Positions 59,285-64,000 of a DNA stretch of 64,000 nucleotides are shown here, one piece after another. The stretch comes from Armatimonadota bacterium (GTDB lineage: Bacteria; Armatimonadota; Fimbriimonadia; Fimbriimonadales; GBS-DC): NCBI GenBank assembly GCA_037444405.1, contig JBBIML010000013.1, positions 1-64,000 of the forward strand. The letters are read 5' to 3'. Each line of letters starts with the position of its first letter. Positions within the stretch are counted from its first letter, which is position 1. The position numbers and the translations under genes are program-made. The notes beneath the pieces are model-generated. The model was not told the DNA's origin. It saw only the letters and a list, made by a program, of their open reading frames with translations, and made no database searches.

Positions 59285-60415
59285 ATGATTATCATGAGAC
59301 GACAGATTCATGGCTTGCTGGCACTATTGGCAATAATAGCAACAATAAATTCGTCTGGTCAGGGCAATGGACAAATTTCTTCCGTACAGCCATTGCCCAC
59401 TCCCAAGGCGACGCCTCGAACCACCGAGCGCGAATCCGCAACGAACGGCTCTCGTGAAGCTCCTAAGCATCAGCACTACTATGATCAACGCGAACGCGTA
59501 TCCTCCAACCTGACTTTCGAATGGCTGGCTGAATCGAACATCGTCTACCTCAAGGAGGATGGGAGCAAATTGACGCTTTCAGATCTTCAAGATATTTATA
59601 AGATTAGCCGCACCCCTATGCTTACTCGAATCGATCTGACCATGGAAGCTCCGTTGATTACCAGCGATGGTGTACGCAAGTCAGATCTACTTTTTCAATC
59701 AACTGTATACTATTTTGGTCAAACAGGAGAAATTGTTCTGAATGCGAATCGTGATACTAAAGGAACGGTGACTTCTGCCTCGATCTTTCAGCCTGGGGCA
59801 AACGGTTTCGGTTTACCCAACCTCTATTTGCCCGGCTTATCAATGGGAGGTCTTATCTTTCTTGCAGGCATTTCTCCAATGCGCCTGATGGATGCTCCGC
59901 TTTCCAGCTGGCAGATTAGTGAGGTTAACGAGAACGAATGGGTTCTTGAACTCTCTGCGGAAAAGCAAAAGCAGCCCGTCCAGACAGGGTTACTCCGCTT
60001 CGACCGCATAGAGGTTCACCTCAGTCGCCGTCATGGCGATGCTCCTGCCCGATTGGAAATCTCGTTAGGTGGCGTCGTCTACAGATGGAAAACACTGGAG
60101 TACACCCAGAGACAGGGTGTCTGGATGCCTCAAAAAGTGCTTCTGGAGTTCAAGTCAGGCGAGCGTGAAATTCAGACTCTATATTATCTGAACGCTGTTC
60201 ACAGAACGGCGGGAGTCGCTGTGGACATCCCGCGAGGAACCCCTGTACTGGATTGGCGCTGGCGGGGGCGAACTGCCTGGGCTGAAGGTTTCAATTCTAT
60301 AAGTATAAATTTAAACAAACGCAATTCTTCTGATGTCCTGAATACCTTCACACCAATCGATTGGACTCCTGCGTTAGAACAAGAGCTCTGGCGATCTGTC
60401 CAGCGTTCCCAGTGA
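59285..60415 (+). CDS. Secreted beta-rich hypothetical protein (possibly LolA-like)
   Basis: Signal peptide, SD AGGAGG; 'EY...GVWMPQKV' resembles LolA-like sorting folds; lower GC than flanks. Confidence 0.6.
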   Translation: MIIMRRQIHGLLALLAIIATINSSGQGNGQISSVQPLPTPKATPRTTERESATNGSREAPKHQHYYDQRERVSSNLTFEWLAESNIVYLKEDGSKLTLSDLQDIYKISRTPMLTRIDLTMEAPLITSDGVRKSDLLFQSTVYYFGQTGEIVLNANRDTKGTVTSASIFQPGANGFGLPNLYLPGLSMGGLIFLAGISPMRLMDAPLSSWQISEVNENEWVLELSAEKQKQPVQTGLLRFDRIEVHLSRRHGDAPARLEISLGGVVYRWKTLEYTQRQGVWMPQKVLLEFKSGEREIQTLYYLNAVHRTAGVAVDIPRGTPVLDWRWRGRTAWAEGFNSISINLNKRNSSDVLNTFTPIDWTPALEQELWRSVQRSQ

Positions 60416-60418
60416 AAG

Positions 60419-60457
60419 CAGGAAGCCATCCAGCTCTATATTGAAGCCCTGCGCGAG
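60419..60457 (+). pseudogene. HicB antitoxin fragment
   Basis: Translates QEAIQLYIEALRE with no start or N-terminus. Confidence 0.5.
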
Positions 60458-60522
60458 CCGGCTTACCAGTGCTTGGGCGGAGATGCTACCGCGCTGCTTG
60501 CGGAAAGGACGACATCCCGAAC

Positions 60523-60849
60523 TTATAGCGGACGCAATCGAGCGCCGCGAGGTGTGATAACTGTGAAGCAACCTAACAATTGCCGTGTCAACGCTTTCTT
60601 TGCATCAGCGGATAAACCAGAGAAGCGCAAAAGAACCACACCCGGAATCTGATAACCATGCGCGAAAACTAAAGCTCCGAAGTCTTTATCATAAGTCACC
60701 AACAGTCTCCCATCATTCTGCGCAAGCTGCAGTACCTGAATGTCCGGCAAACCTGGCTGGTACTCAGCTATCCAAACGACATCGAATCCCAAAGCGCGTA
60801 GCGTCTCAACAATGGAACGATCCACTCCTTCATCAGCAAGAATTTTCAT
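60523..60849 (-). CDS. DUF5615 PIN-like toxin
   Basis: MKILADEGV, D..VL..A..GRLLVTYDKDFG. Confidence 0.88.
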   Translation of the reverse strand: MKILADEGVDRSIVETLRALGFDVVWIAEYQPGLPDIQVLQLAQNDGRLLVTYDKDFGALVFAHGYQIPGVVLLRFSGLSADAKKALTRQLLGCFTVITPRGARLRPL

Positions 60850-61088
60850 TTTTCATGAACTTCAAAAGGGATTAACTCTTCATTCTTAATTACATGGAGA
60901 GCATAGCAGATTGCGGCGCGGACGGCGTCAGCGGGGAGAGAAGGGTTCTCTTCCAGAATCTGGGCTTCGGTCTCTCCTGCCGCCAGACGCTCCAGTATCG
61001 ATTCCACCGTGATGCGCGTGCCTTTGATGACGGGTTTGCCACGCATCACTTCTGGACGAATCTCCACTAACTCCAGCAGATTGGTCAT
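60846..61088 (-). CDS. DUF433 antitoxin
   Basis: PEVMRGKPVIKGTRITV..IL..LAAG; ATGA overlap with DUF5615. Confidence 0.9.
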   Translation of the reverse strand: MTNLLELVEIRPEVMRGKPVIKGTRITVESILERLAAGETEAQILEENPSLPADAVRAAICYALHVIKNEELIPFEVHEK

Positions 61089-61185
61089 CTATCTGCACCA
61101 ATGGAAGGATACCCCATTCATAAGGCGCGATTTGCCCTGTTGACCAGCGGGTATAATCTCTTTCGCTGGCGAGAGAGGCGCACCG

Positions 61186-62595
61186 ATGGCTGGGTCAGAC
61201 AGGGTTGCCGGGATTGTGCTGGCGGCGGGCAAGGGCACGCGCATGAAGTCCGACCTCCCCAAGGCGCTGATGCCGCTGCTGGGTCTGCCGCTGACCGCTC
61301 ATGTGCTGAATGCGCTGAAACAAGCGGGTGTTGACCCCATCGTGGTGGTGGTGGGGCACGGCGCGGAACAGGTGCAATCGGCGCTGGGCGAGGGCTATCT
61401 CTATGCGCTACAGAGCGAGCAGCTCGGCACGGGGCACGCCGCGATGCAGGCGATGCCGCTTATCCCCGACGGCATCACGCGTGTGGTGGTCGCCGCCGGC
61501 GATTCGCCCCTCGTGACGCCGGAGGCAATCTGTGCGCTGGTGGCACACCATCAGCAGGCAGGCGCACAGGCGACCGTCGCGACCGCGCTGCTGGACGACC
61601 CCACAGGCTACGGGCGAATCGTGCGCGATGGGCAGGGGCGCATTCTGGGAATCGTCGAAGAGCGCGACGCCCTGCCCGAACAGAAAGCCATCCGCGAGGT
61701 GTGTACCTCCTTCTACTGCTTCGAAGTGTGCGTGCTGCGCGAGGCGCTGCCCCGCCTGAACAACCTCAACGCGCAGGGCGAGTATTACCTCACCGATGTG
61801 ATTGGCATTATTGCGCAGGGCGGCGGCAGAGTCGAGGCGTGGCAATCGCCTGACCCGACACTGCTGATGGGCGTCAACACGCGCTGGGAGTTGGCGCAGG
61901 CGGCAAACGCCCTGCGCGAGCGTATCCTCAAGCAGCTCTGTCTGGACGGCATCACCATTATCGACCCCGCCACCACCTATATCGACGCCACCGTGCAGAT
62001 CGGGCACGACACCATTATCGAGCCGAACACCTACCTGCGGGGCAACACGCGCATCGGCGCCAGCTGCACGCTGGGTCCCGACCTCTATCTGGAGGACACG
62101 CAGGTGGGCGACGGCTGTCGGCTGTTCCGCTCGCATATTGTGGGCGCCACGATCGAGTCGGATGTGAGCGTGGGACCCTTCGCGCATCTGCGCCCAGGCA
62201 CAGTGCTGAAACGGGGCGCACGAATCGGCGATTTTGTGGAAATTAAGAACACGGTGGTCGGCGAGGAGACAAAGGTGCTCCATCTGACCTATCTGGGCGA
62301 CGCGACGGTGGGACGACGCGCCAACATCGGCGCGGGCACCATCACCTGCAACTTCGACGGCATCCAGAAGCATCGCACGATTATCGGCGATGAGGTGTTC
62401 GTGGGGTCGCATGCGACGCTGATTGCGCCATTGACGATTGGCGACGGCGCCTATATTGCGGCAGCCAGCCCCATCACCGACGATGTGCCGCCCGATGCGC
62501 TCGCCATCGCCCGCTGCTACCAGACCATCAAGGAAGGATGGGCGCGCCGCCGCCGCGAATCGAAACAAACGGGAGGCAAAAGCGATGGGAGTTAA
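61186..62595 (+). CDS. glmU: Bifunctional UDP-GlcNAc pyrophosphorylase/acetyltransferase
   Basis: LAAGKGTRMKS, EQLGTGHA, GEYYLTD, hexapeptide repeats, GAGTITCN. Confidence 0.96.
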   Translation: MAGSDRVAGIVLAAGKGTRMKSDLPKALMPLLGLPLTAHVLNALKQAGVDPIVVVVGHGAEQVQSALGEGYLYALQSEQLGTGHAAMQAMPLIPDGITRVVVAAGDSPLVTPEAICALVAHHQQAGAQATVATALLDDPTGYGRIVRDGQGRILGIVEERDALPEQKAIREVCTSFYCFEVCVLREALPRLNNLNAQGEYYLTDVIGIIAQGGGRVEAWQSPDPTLLMGVNTRWELAQAANALRERILKQLCLDGITIIDPATTYIDATVQIGHDTIIEPNTYLRGNTRIGASCTLGPDLYLEDTQVGDGCRLFRSHIVGATIESDVSVGPFAHLRPGTVLKRGARIGDFVEIKNTVVGEETKVLHLTYLGDATVGRRANIGAGTITCNFDGIQKHRTIIGDEVFVGSHATLIAPLTIGDGAYIAAASPITDDVPPDALAIARCYQTIKEGWARRRRESKQTGGKSDGS

Positions 62596-63547
62596 CGGGC
62601 AGGAAATCCTGCTGTTTGGGGGCAACTCGAACCCTGAGCTGGCAGAGAAGATCGCGGCTTATCTGGGGCGACCGCTGGGGCAGATGATCTGCACGCGCTT
62701 CTCCGACGGCGAGGTGCGCGTGCAGGTGCTGGAAAGCGCGCGCGGGATGGATGTGTTCGTGGTGCAGTCCACCTGCGCCCCCGTCAACGATAACATCATG
62801 GAGCTCCTGATACTGCTGGACGCCTTTCGGCGGGCGTCGGCGCGGCGCATCACCGCTGTGATCCCCTACTATGGCTACGCCCGACAGGACAAGAAGATTA
62901 AACCCCGCGAACCCATCAGCGCACGGCTCGTGGCGGACTTAATCACTGTCGCGGGCGCCACGCGCGTGGTGACCATCGACCTGCACGCCGAGCAGATTCA
63001 GGGCTTCTTCGACATCCCGGTGGACCATCTCTACGCGGGTCCCATCATCGCCGATTACCTTATCAAGGAAGGCTATCGCGACCAGAATATCGTGGTGGTG
63101 TCGCCCGATGTGGCGGGCGTGCCGCGTGCGCGGGCGATGGCGGAAGCGCTGGACGCCCCGCTCGCCATCATCGCCAAGCGCCGCCCCGAACCCAACAAGG
63201 TCGAGGTGATGGAGATTATCGGCGATGTGCAGGGACGGGTCGCCATCATGATCGATGATATGATCGACACGGGCGGCTCGGTGGTGCAGGGCGCGGAGGC
63301 GCTTTTGCGGCGGGGCGCTGAGCGCGTTATCGCCGCCTGCACGCATCCCGTGTTCTCCGGGAACGCCCCACAACGGCTCGCCGAATCGCCCATCGAAAAG
63401 GTCATCTGCACCGACACCATCCCCGCACCGCCACATAAGCAGTTCGACAAACTGGTGCGCCTGTCGGTCGCACCCCTGCTCGGCGAAGCCATCTCGCGCA
63501 TTCACCGCGACGAATCGGTCAGCGAGCTGTTCCAGAACTATCGATGA
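62585..63547 (+). CDS. prs: Ribose-phosphate pyrophosphokinase
   Basis: FSDGE, YARQD, DLH..QIQGFF, SPD.AG, DDMIDTGGS. Confidence 0.96.
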   Translation: MGVNGQEILLFGGNSNPELAEKIAAYLGRPLGQMICTRFSDGEVRVQVLESARGMDVFVVQSTCAPVNDNIMELLILLDAFRRASARRITAVIPYYGYARQDKKIKPREPISARLVADLITVAGATRVVTIDLHAEQIQGFFDIPVDHLYAGPIIADYLIKEGYRDQNIVVVSPDVAGVPRARAMAEALDAPLAIIAKRRPEPNKVEVMEIIGDVQGRVAIMIDDMIDTGGSVVQGAEALLRRGAERVIAACTHPVFSGNAPQRLAESPIEKVICTDTIPAPPHKQFDKLVRLSVAPLLGEAISRIHRDESVSELFQNYR

Positions 63548-64000
63548 AGCACATCGTCTCGGTCAGCCTGGGGTCGTCCAAACGCGATAAGCGCAGCGAG
63601 GTGGAAATCGCGGGCGAGCAGTTTCTCATCGAGCGCATCGGCACGGATGGCGACCTGCGCCGCTTTCAACAGCTGTTCGCGGAGCTGGACGGTAAGGTGG
63701 ACGCGCTCGGCATCGGCGGCGCCGATCTCTACATCTGGGTGGGCGACCGCCGCTATACCTTCCGCTCCATCCAGAAGCTGGTCGCCGTCGCTAAAAAGAC
63801 GCCTGTGGTGGACGGCAGCGGGCTGAAAAACACCTTAGAGCGCGAGGCGGTACGCTGGCTCCAGCAGCAGGGCGTGATCGACTTTTCGCGATGCACGGTG
63901 CTGCTGGTCGCCGCCGTCGATCGGTTCGGCATGGCGCAGGAGCTGGCGCGTCATGCCCGACAGGTGATTTACGGCGACTTCGTGTTCGCAATTGGGTTGC
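63544..64000 (+). CDS. Conserved protein often labelled 'quinate 5-dehydrogenase' (truncated by window end)
   Basis: Hand-translated MKHIVSVSLGSSKRD..ERIGTDGD..LDGKVDALGIGG..DGSGLK; ATGA overlap with prs. Confidence 0.65.
   Translation, partial: MKHIVSVSLGSSKRDKRSEVEIAGEQFLIERIGTDGDLRRFQQLFAELDGKVDALGIGGADLYIWVGDRRYTFRSIQKLVAVAKKTPVVDGSGLKNTLEREAVRWLQQQGVIDFSRCTVLLVAAVDRFGMAQELARHARQVIYGDFVFAIGL

Overview
A GC-rich bacterial chromosome segment. It most likely comes from a thermophilic Armatimonadota (Fimbriimonadia-like) genome, inferred from a secreted protein with a paired 'DVNGDGxVDDADLL' tail, a PEP-CTERM/HAF protein, an FlgD-Ig-tailed protein and lpxK. About 62 CDS are present, mostly scattered housekeeping genes (lpxK, tyrS, ribH, nnr, fadN-like, ltaE, dapF, hfq, miaA, purEK, lysA, mtnP, rnc, ftsE, rpsT, ubiX, thyX, glmU, prs), plus one tRNA-Leu(CAA). 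Small accessory inserts sit among them: three toxin-antitoxin loci (one with a nonsense-broken PIN toxin), a HicB remnant, a Uma2 nuclease, an Rpn/PD-(D/E)XK nuclease, and a cassette of a sigma factor, a 10-Cys secreted mini-protein and a secreted partner. No CRISPR array, rRNA, integrase or intact IS was seen. Top leads: (1) an intragenic TATAAT plus in-frame GTG in the Rpn-like gene that could make a C-terminal antitoxin from a leaderless mRNA; (2) the sigma/Cys-rich cassette; (3) palindromic REP-like elements translated in frame inside lpxK and a membrane protein; (4) pervasive leaderless -10 boxes, several containing the upstream gene's stop codon; (5) sharp C-rich to G-rich flips inside accessory genes. 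All calls come from motif recognition by eye; no database searches were run.
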